From assembly GCA_022447685.1 (NCBI GenBank), contig JAKVAO010000004.1, forward strand, positions 1,978-65,977: DNA of 64,000 bases, read 5' to 3'. The position numbers and the translations under genes are program-made. Below, piece by piece: positions 37,728 to 46,704 of this stretch. This DNA is from Candidatus Caenarcanales bacterium. GTDB lineage: Bacteria > Cyanobacteriota > Vampirovibrionia > LMEP-6097. The first letter of the stretch is position 1; every line of letters starts with the position of its first letter. Below the pieces are notes generated by a model. That model was not told the origin of the DNA. It made no database searches and saw nothing but the letters and a program-made list of their open reading frames with translations.

Positions 37728-38621
37728 TTAAACAAGTTTTTCTTCAATAAGATCATGAAGTTTATCTTTACTTTTTTGAGTAACACTATCGATAAATGAA
37801 TAAGCTCTATAAATGTGCAAATCCTCGAAAGTTTTTTGGAGTTTTTCTTGAAGTTTAGATTGTTGTTTATTCATATTAACAGTCACTTCAGGGAAATAAA
37901 CTTTTGGAAAAAAAGAATCTTTAATATAATTAGTCATCTTCTCTACAGAGTCAAAATTAACAGTATTATCAACAAGAGATTTAATGAATTTATCAATGTT
38001 TTCATTCTTTCTTATTTCATTATTTGCACTTGGATTAATATCTATAAAACGGTGATACAAAGCTTTTGCACTATCTTCTAAACTAGCATAAGATTTTTCC
38101 GTAGGAGTTTCAACTATATATCCCATACTTGGATTCCTATAAGAACCTTCAAGATACAAAGAATCAATTAAGGGTAAAGCATTTTGCTCGATAAACTCTT
38201 CTACTATTTTAGGGTTACTTTTTTTAAGTAAATGAGACAACCAGAAAATTTGATGATTAAATGAAAACAAATCACGTTGAAACTCTTCTTTAAACTGCAA
38301 GTCATCATCAAAAAATTGAGACAAAGTTTGCTGCTTATTAGACAGTGGGTCATATCTGTAATATTCATGTGTGAAATTATCTAACTTTTCTTTAAATCTA
38401 CCTAACTCCTCTTTCTGCATTTGCAAAAAATCTGATTCAGGAATAACAGAAATACTCTTCAAAGGCTCATTTGGCTTTTTGAAAAGTACTCCATATTTTT
38501 TGGTATAAAGTTCATTAGCATTTCTAACTTGAAGATCAGCTTCGGCAACAGTAACTTTATTCTCAGTATTTAAATGAGAAGTAACAGGTTCTTTTAAAGT
38601 AGTAGTAACTGCCTTAACCAT
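37728..38621 (-). CDS. hypothetical protein (297 aa)
   Basis: Clean ORF with coding-like composition and no motif recognised. Confidence 0.55.
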   Translation of the reverse strand: MVKAVTTTLKEPVTSHLNTENKVTVAEADLQVRNANELYTKKYGVLFKKPNEPLKSISVIPESDFLQMQKEELGRFKEKLDNFTHEYYRYDPLSNKQQTLSQFFDDDLQFKEEFQRDLFSFNHQIFWLSHLLKKSNPKIVEEFIEQNALPLIDSLYLEGSYRNPSMGYIVETPTEKSYASLEDSAKALYHRFIDINPSANNEIRKNENIDKFIKSLVDNTVNFDSVEKMTNYIKDSFFPKVYFPEVTVNMNKQQSKLQEKLQKTFEDLHIYRAYSFIDSVTQKSKDKLHDLIEEKLV

Positions 38622-38776
38622 AAACTAATAAAAGCCCTGAAACAAAGAATAAAATCTTAAATTTCAGAATTTATAAATTAACTAATTGATTAGATAAAAT
38701 CATACCAAAGAAGTAAATCAAATACAAGTGTTTTTCAAAACCAATTACTAAAGATAATAATATTTTAACAATAAAA

Positions 38777-39045
38777 GGTGGCATCGAGATTAGCTATTTT
38801 CGACTGAAGCCGAGTCAAGCGAAAGCTTGCTTTCATTTGCGAGTGAAAGTCGTAAACACGGAGTTTCCCCGCAGCGAAGCTGACGGGGTATTACGCAAAT
38901 CTGGAGAAACACTTTGTGTTTCTGAGCCTTCACAATCAGCGAGTGAAAGCTCTATGAGCTCTCCCTCACAAATAGCTCAGGCTACGATGCCACTTTTGTT
39001 ACTCGTTCGTCCTATTCATCTCCTTAGCAAAGCTAAGGAGTATTT
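38777..39045. ncRNA. candidate structured non-coding RNA (class undetermined)
   Basis: Intergenic segment with much higher G+C than its surroundings. The 5' GGTGGCATCG (38777..38786) pairs with CGATGCCAC (38985..38993), followed by TTTT. Nested perfect hairpins: GAAAGC-TT-GCTTTC, CCCCG-N11-CGGGG, AGAAACAC-TTT-GTGTTTCT, AGCTC-TAT-GAGCT, and CTCCTTAGC-AAA-GCTAAGGAG at 39019..39039. The overlapping ORF 38837..39115 has implausible composition. Confidence 0.3.
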
Positions 39046-39132
39046 CGAACTCATAATAAATATTTCGCGCCCAAATAAAAATCCCCACTTTTTTCAAAGC
39101 AGGGATTCTATTTAATTATTCAATAAATTCAA

Positions 39133-39732
39133 CTAAGCAGCTACAGCTTCGTTGAAGTAATCTTTAAGACCATCTTCAGTAGGCTTCATAGCTTTATCGC
39201 CTTCGTTCCAGTTAGCTGGACAAACTTCACCATTCTTCTCGAAGAACTGAAGAGCTTTAACCATTCTGATAGCTTCATCAATATTTCTTCCTAAAGGTAA
39301 GTTGTTTACAACTTGGTGTTGAACAGTTTGTTCTTTGTCGATAAGGAATAAACCTCTGAAAGCTACTCCCATGTTTTCTTCAACAACATCATAAGCTTCA
39401 GCGATTTCTTTCTTAAGGTCAGAAACTAAAGCGTACTTAACGCCTTTGATACCGCCTTGGTTCTTATCAGTGTTTAACCAAGCGAAGTGAGAGAACTTAG
39501 AATCAACAGAAACTCCAATAACTTCTGTATCTAAACTATTAAATTCTTCCAATTTAGCTTGGAAAGCGTGTAATTCAGTTGGGCAAACAAATGTGAAATC
39601 TAATGGATAGAAAAATAAAACTACATATTTCTTACCTTTGAAATCACTCAATTTGATTTGCTTAAACTCTGTACCGTTAACAACTGCGTCAGCTGTAAAA
39701 TCTGGTGCTTCTTTTCCTACTAATACTCCCAT
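39133..39732 (-). CDS. 2-Cys peroxiredoxin (AhpC/TSA family)
   Basis: FFYPLDFTFVCPTE contains the peroxidatic Cys motif. The resolving Cys lies in GEVCPANW. Length is 199 aa. Confidence 0.9.
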   Translation of the reverse strand: MGVLVGKEAPDFTADAVVNGTEFKQIKLSDFKGKKYVVLFFYPLDFTFVCPTELHAFQAKLEEFNSLDTEVIGVSVDSKFSHFAWLNTDKNQGGIKGVKYALVSDLKKEIAEAYDVVEENMGVAFRGLFLIDKEQTVQHQVVNNLPLGRNIDEAIRMVKALQFFEKNGEVCPANWNEGDKAMKPTEDGLKDYFNEAVAA

Positions 39733-39868
39733 GTTTTTCTCCTTTTTTGGTTATTATCGGTAGACTTTAAATTTGAAATATAAAGTCTTTTTAAAGCTCG
39801 AAAACCTTGGATCAAGCCCTAATAACAAGATTGATTATACAACAACATGGTATGATTATCAGTCCAAG

Positions 39869-40930
39869 AAGATGAAAAATTTAGAAAAAACTAAAGTATT
39901 CAACGTCAATATCGAAAAGATTGACGCTTTGGCTACTCCAAAAAAAATAGCCGAAGAAATTCAAATCTCTGAGGATATATCTGAGTTTGTTTATCAAAGT
40001 AGAGAAACTATCTCAAATATCATCCAAGGTAAAGATAATAGGTTACTTGCAATAGTTGGACCTTGTTCTATTCATGACCAAGAATTAGCTTTTCATTACG
40101 CAGAGAAAATAGCAGCACTTAGAAAAGAAGTTGAAGACAAAATCTTTCTTGTTATGAGAGTTTATTTCGAGAAGCCAAGAACATCAACTGGCTGGAAAGG
40201 AATGATTAACGATCCACATCTCAATGGTTCTTTTCATATGGAAGAAGGTTTGAGAACAGCTAGAAGAATTCTTAAAACTATCAATATGCTAGGAGTCCCA
40301 TGTGCAACAGAGATGTTAGACCCTCTAGTTCCGCAATACATTGCAGATCTAGTTTCATGGGTAGCTATCGGAGCTAGAACTACTGAATCACAGACACACA
40401 GAGAGATGTCTAGTGGATTATCTATGCCTGTAGGTTTCAAAAATGCAACCAATGGTGATGTCGGTGTTGCAATCAACGCGATCAAATCATCGCGCGCACC
40501 TCATTCTTTTCTAGGAATACACCAAGATGAAGGTAAAGTAGCTATTTATCACACTAAAGGAAACCCAAACTGTCACATAGTTTTACGTGGTGGAAAAGCT
40601 GGACCTAACTACAGTGTTGAACATATTGAGAAATATGAAGCTGAGCTTAAAGCCTCTAATATCGACAGCAAAATCATAATAGACTGCAACCACGAGAACT
40701 CTGGTAAAGATCCATATAAACAACCTAAAGTTCTAGAATCTATTGCAGAACAGAAGAAACTAGGCAACCAGTCCATCTGTGGTTTCATGGTTGAAAGTAA
40801 TATCTTCGGTGATAATCAATCTATTCCAGAAGATCTTACTCAACTTAAATATGGTGTTTCGATCACAGATAAATGTTTAGATTGGGAAAATACTGAGAAA
40901 TCTATAAGAAATTTAGCTAGTAGCTTATAA
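39869..40930 (+). CDS. 3-deoxy-7-phosphoheptulonate (DAHP) synthase, class I (AroG/F/H type)
   Basis: RLLAIVGPCSIHD, VMRVYFEKPRTSTGWKGMINDPH, WVAIGARTTESQTHREMSSGLSMPVGFKN and HIVLRGG align along their length with E. coli AroG. The ORF track begins at 39773, but the homologous region and a sensible length start at the Met at 39869. Confidence 0.85.
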   Translation, partial: KMKNLEKTKVFNVNIEKIDALATPKKIAEEIQISEDISEFVYQSRETISNIIQGKDNRLLAIVGPCSIHDQELAFHYAEKIAALRKEVEDKIFLVMRVYFEKPRTSTGWKGMINDPHLNGSFHMEEGLRTARRILKTINMLGVPCATEMLDPLVPQYIADLVSWVAIGARTTESQTHREMSSGLSMPVGFKNATNGDVGVAINAIKSSRAPHSFLGIHQDEGKVAIYHTKGNPNCHIVLRGGKAGPNYSVEHIEKYEAELKASNIDSKIIIDCNHENSGKDPYKQPKVLESIAEQKKLGNQSICGFMVESNIFGDNQSIPEDLTQLKYGVSITDKCLDWENTEKSIRNLASSL

Positions 40931-40940
40931 TATTAACGTT

Positions 40941-42659
40941 ATGTTAATTCGCTATAGCCTGGTTTTAATTCTTTGCTTAATATTTGGTAATTATATGAAA
41001 GCATCAGCTTTACCTTGTGAGACAAGCAAATCTGCATTTATAGATGCGGTTTCCAACGATACAATAAATTTGATTACTGTAGATGATTATTCAATAGGAG
41101 AAAGTAGAACTATTAACACTCCTGTAGGTCCTGGTCTATTACAAAGATCTGGAGGACAGCTACTTTTCACAGTTCCTGGTTCTGGTAACAATACCAAGAC
41201 AGTAACTATTACTATGACAACATCAGCATTTAAGGCAGATGATCTTATACTGCAATTTGCTGTTGGTCCTTTAACAAATGGCTTAGCTAGTTGTGGTGAC
41301 AGAGATTTTCTAGACAACGTTGTATCTAACACAGCAGATAACCCTAGAGTATTTAAAGCAAATAACCTCAATGACAATAACGGAGATACTTCATATATAA
41401 TCTCAACAAACAGTGGTGTCAATAACACATCTACTCAATCTTTTGGTATTGAAGTTGAATTACAAACAATTCCAGGACAAGTTTATGAAGCAACTTGTGG
41501 CGCTATTCAAGAAAGAGGATCAACAACAGAATCTTTTGAATGCAATATCAGCATCAATGAAGGATCCAGTAGTTCTGAAGGTGGCAATGATGAAACTAGT
41601 GAGCCTGAAGAACCAGTTACTGTAGTCGAAGAAGAAGTAAAAATACAACCAGAGGTTAGAGATGGCAATTGCCCATTAACGGCTCTTGAGCATTTAAATA
41701 TTGCTGTGAGAACTGAACAAGCAATCAAAGAAAGACTAAATGGCTTTGCAGAACAATTAGAAGAAGCTAGACTAGCTGTTTCTGATGCAGGAGTAAACCC
41801 AGGTCCAGCATTAAGAAGATTAGATATATTAGTAGAATTTATTCGTGATGATATTAGTGAAGCTAGAAACGCAGCTAAAGGTGCTTTAGATTTCTCTATA
41901 AGACATTTAGAATGCGCTAAAGCTCAATCTGAAAACACTGTAGCTGATGAAGCTATAGATAGAGCTATAGCTCATGACACTGAAGCCAAAACAGCTGTTA
42001 TGACAGAAGATCCTTCACTGAATGAAGAATCTATTCGCTTAAAAGCTACATTAGAAAACACAGTAAGTGATATTGACCAAGCTTTAGAAGATAAAGAAGA
42101 CGCTGGTACAGAATTAGACTCTTCATACACTTTGCCAGAATTTAACAACGAAACCGTTCAAGATGTTGTAGATAGTGCTGTTGGTGAAATAGAATCACTT
42201 ACAGAAGATTTAAAAACTTTACTTGAAAATCAATTCGGTACTATAGAAGCTAATAATAAAATCGCTGCAATAGATGCAATCTGTGAAGTTCAAGTCAGTG
42301 ATTGTATAACACAGTACTACGAAGAAGTTGTTGAAGCTTACACTAAAGCTCACACTAAAGTTAGACAGGCTCTTCTCGATAAGAAAAAAGAAGAAGAAAG
42401 TGCTAAACGCAAGAAAGCAATTGATAGAACTGTTAAAAAAATAGATAAAGGCTACACTTCAGTTATAAAGTCAGTAGAAAAAATCAAGAAAACTAACAAC
42501 AATGCTTGTCCTCCAGACTCGTTTAGATTAACGCCTCTAGCTAGACAGAGAAGAATTGATAAACTTCTTAAACTTAGAAGAAAGGCTACTCTCTATAGAG
42601 ACAAGCAATGGTTAAGAATCATTGATAGAGCACTTCTAAAAGAAGGTTTCTCTAACTAA
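40941..42659 (+). CDS. secreted hypothetical protein (572 aa) with acidic linker and helical, K-rich C-terminus
   Basis: Signal peptide MLIRYSLVLILCLIFGNYMKASA. No recognisable domain. Confidence 0.55.
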   Translation: MLIRYSLVLILCLIFGNYMKASALPCETSKSAFIDAVSNDTINLITVDDYSIGESRTINTPVGPGLLQRSGGQLLFTVPGSGNNTKTVTITMTTSAFKADDLILQFAVGPLTNGLASCGDRDFLDNVVSNTADNPRVFKANNLNDNNGDTSYIISTNSGVNNTSTQSFGIEVELQTIPGQVYEATCGAIQERGSTTESFECNISINEGSSSSEGGNDETSEPEEPVTVVEEEVKIQPEVRDGNCPLTALEHLNIAVRTEQAIKERLNGFAEQLEEARLAVSDAGVNPGPALRRLDILVEFIRDDISEARNAAKGALDFSIRHLECAKAQSENTVADEAIDRAIAHDTEAKTAVMTEDPSLNEESIRLKATLENTVSDIDQALEDKEDAGTELDSSYTLPEFNNETVQDVVDSAVGEIESLTEDLKTLLENQFGTIEANNKIAAIDAICEVQVSDCITQYYEEVVEAYTKAHTKVRQALLDKKKEEESAKRKKAIDRTVKKIDKGYTSVIKSVEKIKKTNNNACPPDSFRLTPLARQRRIDKLLKLRRKATLYRDKQWLRIIDRALLKEGFSN

Positions 42660-42667
42660 GAGTCGAT

Positions 42668-43675
42668 TTGCTTAAGTGCTTAATTAAATGCTATATTATG
42701 TATATGGCTAATTTATTAATAGATAAAGCTACAGAATCAGAGCAATATTTAGAAAATATTGATGAAAATGGTGTTCTGCTCATGGGTTGGAGGCTCAAGA
42801 AAGTAACTGATAATCTATTTAAACAAGTACAGGATCTTTATGACAAGCGTAAAAGGAATTTTAAAGCTGTATGGTTTACACCACTCATCACTATATATAA
42901 AAATCCAGATATAGAATTAAAAACACTAGCCGAGAAAAGAAAAGTTACAGCGTCAGCAATTACACAAATAGTAAAAGAACTAGAGAAAAATAATTTAGTT
43001 AAAACAAAAAAATCTAAAGAAGATCAAAGATCAAAAACAATTAAGATTACAAAAAAAGGAATAGAGTTACTCACATCAATAATCCCAGACCTTAATCTAA
43101 TTGAAGAGACAATTAATGAACTTTTATCACATGACTTTCATAGTACACTCGCTAAACTCGAAAATTTCAGTCAAAAACTATCCGAAAGCTCTTTTGAAGA
43201 AAGATATATAGAAAAAATTAAAATAATTAAGTACCAAGATAAATATAAAAAAGACTTCAAAGAACTTAACGAATCATGGTTTAATCCAATGTTTTCACAA
43301 ACAGATTATGATAGAAAACAATTTAGAAATCCACAGAAATCAATTATAGAGAAAGGTGGAGAAATATTTTTATTAGTTTCAGACGATGAGTTAATAGGAA
43401 ATATTTGTCTAATACATCATGATAATGACAATATTGAAATTTCTAAAATGTGTGTCAGAAAAGATTTCCAAGGTTTAGGTTTATCTAAATTATTAATGAA
43501 CCAAGCTATAGAATATGCACGTGAGAAAAAATATAATAGGATAACTCTTTATACAAACTCTCAGTTATCAAGTGCTATAGAGCTTTATAGAAAATATAAT
43601 TTTATTCAAGAAACAGTCGATTCCAAACACTCATATGGTGACAGAGCTGATATGCAGTTTAAGTTATATCTGTAA
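42668..43675 (+). CDS. bifunctional MarR-type HTH regulator / GNAT N-acetyltransferase
   Basis: wHTH block LAEKRKVTASAITQIVKELEKNNLVKTKKSKEDQRSKTIKITKKG in the N-half. GNAT acetyl-CoA pocket (...ISKMCVRKDFQGLGLSKLLMNQAIEYAR...) in the C-half. Confidence 0.7.
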   Translation: MLKCLIKCYIMYMANLLIDKATESEQYLENIDENGVLLMGWRLKKVTDNLFKQVQDLYDKRKRNFKAVWFTPLITIYKNPDIELKTLAEKRKVTASAITQIVKELEKNNLVKTKKSKEDQRSKTIKITKKGIELLTSIIPDLNLIEETINELLSHDFHSTLAKLENFSQKLSESSFEERYIEKIKIIKYQDKYKKDFKELNESWFNPMFSQTDYDRKQFRNPQKSIIEKGGEIFLLVSDDELIGNICLIHHDNDNIEISKMCVRKDFQGLGLSKLLMNQAIEYAREKKYNRITLYTNSQLSSAIELYRKYNFIQETVDSKHSYGDRADMQFKLYL

Positions 43676-43676
43676 A

Positions 43677-45116
43677 TTAATCATAAATACTAACAAAGTT
43701 ATATTTATAAAGCTGAGACTGAACACTGCCACTTCTCATATAGTCTATAAATTTTGCGACATTAGTTGTGAGCTTACCTAAACTAACTAAATATAAATAA
43801 CGAGACAATGGATACTGTCCTTTTCTAACTTTCTCAGTATCTATAGTAATTTTCTTAACACCATTTTCTTCAGAAATTATCACAGGAGCTATCCCTTTCT
43901 CTTCGAAGATTGTAGAAATTTTGAGTATTTTAAGATCTCTACCTTTCACATCTCCTAAACTTGCAAAGGAAATCGCATTAGGTTCAGATTCAACAAAATC
44001 CATAACTTGATTAACATCATAAATTTGAGTTACATCACTTGCAAACTTATCACCATAAAGAACTCTTTCTCTAAAGAAGCTCACAGTTCCATGGTGGAAT
44101 GTTTTAGAGTATTTCTTAACTTCTGATTGATTACCACCAAATTCACTCCAAGAAACAGCTTCTTTAGAATATATTTTCTGAAGATCTTCTACCGATAAAA
44201 CACTAACAGGGTTTAGTTTGTTTACAACTATAACAACTACATCTAAAGCCATTTTGTGATCAACTAATTCTTTACCTGAAATCTTTATAGCTCTCTTTCT
44301 TTCAGCTATAGTAGGAATTCTAGAACAAGAAGCAAGCTCTATCTTACCTTCTATAAGATTACTGATAGCCATACTAGAGTCAGATTTCTCTAAACTAAGT
44401 TCAAGACCTGGATTATCGATATTGAAACCAGATTTATAATCATCAAAAATTCTAACCAAAGATGAAGAACCATTAATCCTAATTTCCTTAGATTTACTAG
44501 CTACTGAAAGAGAACTTAAATTTCTATCTGACCTATATTCATTCATCAAAGATGTCAAATTAGTAGCATGATTATTAAAGAAACGGTCATAAATTAAATA
44601 ACCAATCGCTGAAAGCATTATCAAAAACAATATAGGAGCCATGCAACCTATAGACTTAGATTCTGGAGCTGCTTGCTGAGCCGCCGCTTGAGCTTGGGGA
44701 TTAGCTCTTGGAGTTTTCTTAGCTATAACCTTTTTATAGTCTTTAAGTGGAATATTTTCAGAAATATATTCAATAGCTATATCAACAAGATTACTTGCAT
44801 CAGCTAAGCTGACACCAAGATCCATAGAAATAGTATTGAGATCAGACCTATAATAAAGAACTAATTCTGCTGCTCTCTTAACTCTAAGGTAATTATTATG
44901 CCTCGGGGCGATATATTTTCCATTATTATAAGAACTTATCTCAGCCATTGGCGACGACAAGTGTTTAATCAAATTATTAATAGCTAAAGCTAGAGACATT
45001 AACTCTGACTTTTGAGTATCTGAAATCTCAGTATCACTATATCTATCTATATGAGTAGAAAAATCAAGTATGGTTAATATGATATTTTTTCTAACTTCTA
45101 ATTCTGTAAGTGACAT
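43677..45116 (-). CDS. membrane protein with a cytoplasmic HTH-like N-domain, one TM helix and a periplasmic PstS-like phosphate-binding domain
   Basis: The C-terminal 280 aa resemble PstS/PBP2 (SCSRIPT..ER.RAIK, LDVVVIVVNKLNPVSVLSVEDLQKIYS...WSEFGG). A TM segment lies around IGCMAPILFLIMLSAIGYLIY. The N-terminal region around LRVKRAAELVLYY...ISMDLGVSLADASNLV is HTH-like. Confidence 0.55.
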   Translation of the reverse strand: MSLTELEVRKNIILTILDFSTHIDRYSDTEISDTQKSELMSLALAINNLIKHLSSPMAEISSYNNGKYIAPRHNNYLRVKRAAELVLYYRSDLNTISMDLGVSLADASNLVDIAIEYISENIPLKDYKKVIAKKTPRANPQAQAAAQQAAPESKSIGCMAPILFLIMLSAIGYLIYDRFFNNHATNLTSLMNEYRSDRNLSSLSVASKSKEIRINGSSSLVRIFDDYKSGFNIDNPGLELSLEKSDSSMAISNLIEGKIELASCSRIPTIAERKRAIKISGKELVDHKMALDVVVIVVNKLNPVSVLSVEDLQKIYSKEAVSWSEFGGNQSEVKKYSKTFHHGTVSFFRERVLYGDKFASDVTQIYDVNQVMDFVESEPNAISFASLGDVKGRDLKILKISTIFEEKGIAPVIISEENGVKKITIDTEKVRKGQYPLSRYLYLVSLGKLTTNVAKFIDYMRSGSVQSQLYKYNFVSIYD

Positions 45117-45339
45117 ATTAACTGTTTTCTATATTCTTAACTACTAAACCGTAAAGTATTTCGAGAGTATCTTCACTAACTGAGTTAGCAAGCATCCTAA
45201 TCATGACTTCAGATATTAGCTCTCTATTTTCACCGTCCATTTAAACTTTCATTTTACATTAACTGGTAAAAAGCTGCCATTTTATAAAGTTTAATGAGAA
45301 TATTTTCATTTATTTTGAGTTTCATTATATATTTTGAAT

Positions 45340-46467
45340 GTGAAACTAATAGTTGGCTTAGGAAATATAGGAAGTAAGTATGATAATACCAGGCATAATA
45401 TAGGCTTTGATTTTTTAGATTATTTAGCGAAAAAAGAAAATTTAAATTTCAGAGAAGAGAAAAAATTTAAAGCTTTCATCGCAAAAAAAGACGATATAAT
45501 TTATATCAAACCAACTACATATATGAATCTTTCAGGAGATTCTGTATTAAAATTAATGAGCTTCTTCAAAATCAAAAGAGAAGATATCTTAGTAGCTCAC
45601 GATGATGTCAGCATCAACTACCCTGAAACTAGGTTCTCATTCAATAGAGGAGCTGGTGGTCAACACGGTATAGAAGACATAATCAAAAAATCAGGTGGGA
45701 AAAGTTTTGGACGTATAAGAATAGGTGTGGGTCCTGACCCTGGCGGCGATAAAAGAGCTAACTATGTTCTTAGTAAGTTTAATAATGATGAACAGAATAA
45801 AAAAGAACTGATCTACAAAGACTCTGAATTTATATTGGATCAATGGCTTAAACTACCAATTGAAAAAATTCAAAACCCAAAAAACAAAAAACAAGCTAAT
45901 GCTAAGCTAAAAAAGATGAATTATAAATTGAAAAAAGGTTTAACTCTCTGGTTTACTGGCTTATCCGGCGCTGGAAAATCGACAGTAGCAAATGCTTTAA
46001 TTGGAAAACTATCTAAGAACAATAAAAAGTTTCCTTTAGAGCTTTTAGACGGTGATGAAATAAGAGAAAACCTCAATCAAGGACTAGGTTTCAGTAAAGA
46101 AGATAGATTTACTAATATAAAAAGAATATCTTTTCTTGCTGGTAAAATTTCTAAACATAATGTTCTAGTAGTAGTGCCAGTTATCGCTCCATACCAGGAA
46201 GCAAGAGATATGGCAAGATCTATGAGTGAAGATTTCATAGAAGTATTTGTGAATGCAAGTATAGAAAAAGTAGAGGAAAGAGATGTTAAAGGACTCTATG
46301 CTAAAGCAAGATCTGGTGAAATTCAAAATTTCACAGGCATATCCGATCCGTATGAGGCCCCCTCAAATCCTGATATAGAGCTTAACACAGACAAAGAGTC
46401 AATTTCAAAATCTGTTGATAAAGTTTTAAACAAATTATTGGAAAAGGGATATGTAGAAAAAATTTAA
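45340..46467 (+). CDS. peptidyl-tRNA hydrolase fused to adenylyl-sulfate (APS) kinase domain
   Basis: Residues ~1 to 175 are a complete Pth (MKLIVGLGNIGSKYDNTRHNIGF, YMNLSGDSV, HDD, RIRIGVG). After a K-rich linker, residues ~200 to 375 are a complete CysC-type kinase (LWFTGLSGAGKSTVANAL, LDGDEIRENLNQGLGFSKEDR, FIEVFVNASIEKVEERDVKGLYAKARSGEIQNFTGISDPYE). GTG 45340 restores the canonical Pth N-terminus. The ORF track starts at TTG 45334. Confidence 0.75.
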   Translation: MKLIVGLGNIGSKYDNTRHNIGFDFLDYLAKKENLNFREEKKFKAFIAKKDDIIYIKPTTYMNLSGDSVLKLMSFFKIKREDILVAHDDVSINYPETRFSFNRGAGGQHGIEDIIKKSGGKSFGRIRIGVGPDPGGDKRANYVLSKFNNDEQNKKELIYKDSEFILDQWLKLPIEKIQNPKNKKQANAKLKKMNYKLKKGLTLWFTGLSGAGKSTVANALIGKLSKNNKKFPLELLDGDEIRENLNQGLGFSKEDRFTNIKRISFLAGKISKHNVLVVVPVIAPYQEARDMARSMSEDFIEVFVNASIEKVEERDVKGLYAKARSGEIQNFTGISDPYEAPSNPDIELNTDKESISKSVDKVLNKLLEKGYVEKI

Positions 46468-46704
46468 AAATAATTTTCTACATGAAATTTGAGATCATTT
46501 CCTCAAATTTACTTTGTCAAGTTTTTAATCAACAAGTTTATGAAAAGTTTTGAACATAAAATATTTAAAGACAGAGTCAAATAAATCCAAGTTTTGAACA
46601 AAAACTACAGTGTTTATTACTACTTAGGAATAAATTAATTAAAAAAACAAATATATATAAATTTAAGAAGAAATCTGTTTAAAAACTTGGTATATTTTTA
46701 AATC

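Noticed and set aside
39019-39050. tRNA-like T-arm (GAGTATTTCGAACTC) suggesting a tRNA or tmRNA gene.
   Set aside because: There is no acceptor stem, no D or anticodon arm and no CCA context. tmRNA 5' (GGGGCUGA) and tag-reading-frame signatures are absent.
38837-39115. 92-aa ORF across the GC-rich intergenic block.
   Set aside because: Its composition (SESSMSSPSQIAQATMPLLLL...) is not protein-like. It has no SD and coincides with nested perfect hairpins, so a structured RNA is the better explanation.
39773-39868. N-terminal 32-aa extension of the DAHP synthase ORF.
   Set aside because: Homology to AroG begins only after the Met at 39869. The extension would lie in the divergent promoter region shared with the peroxiredoxin gene.
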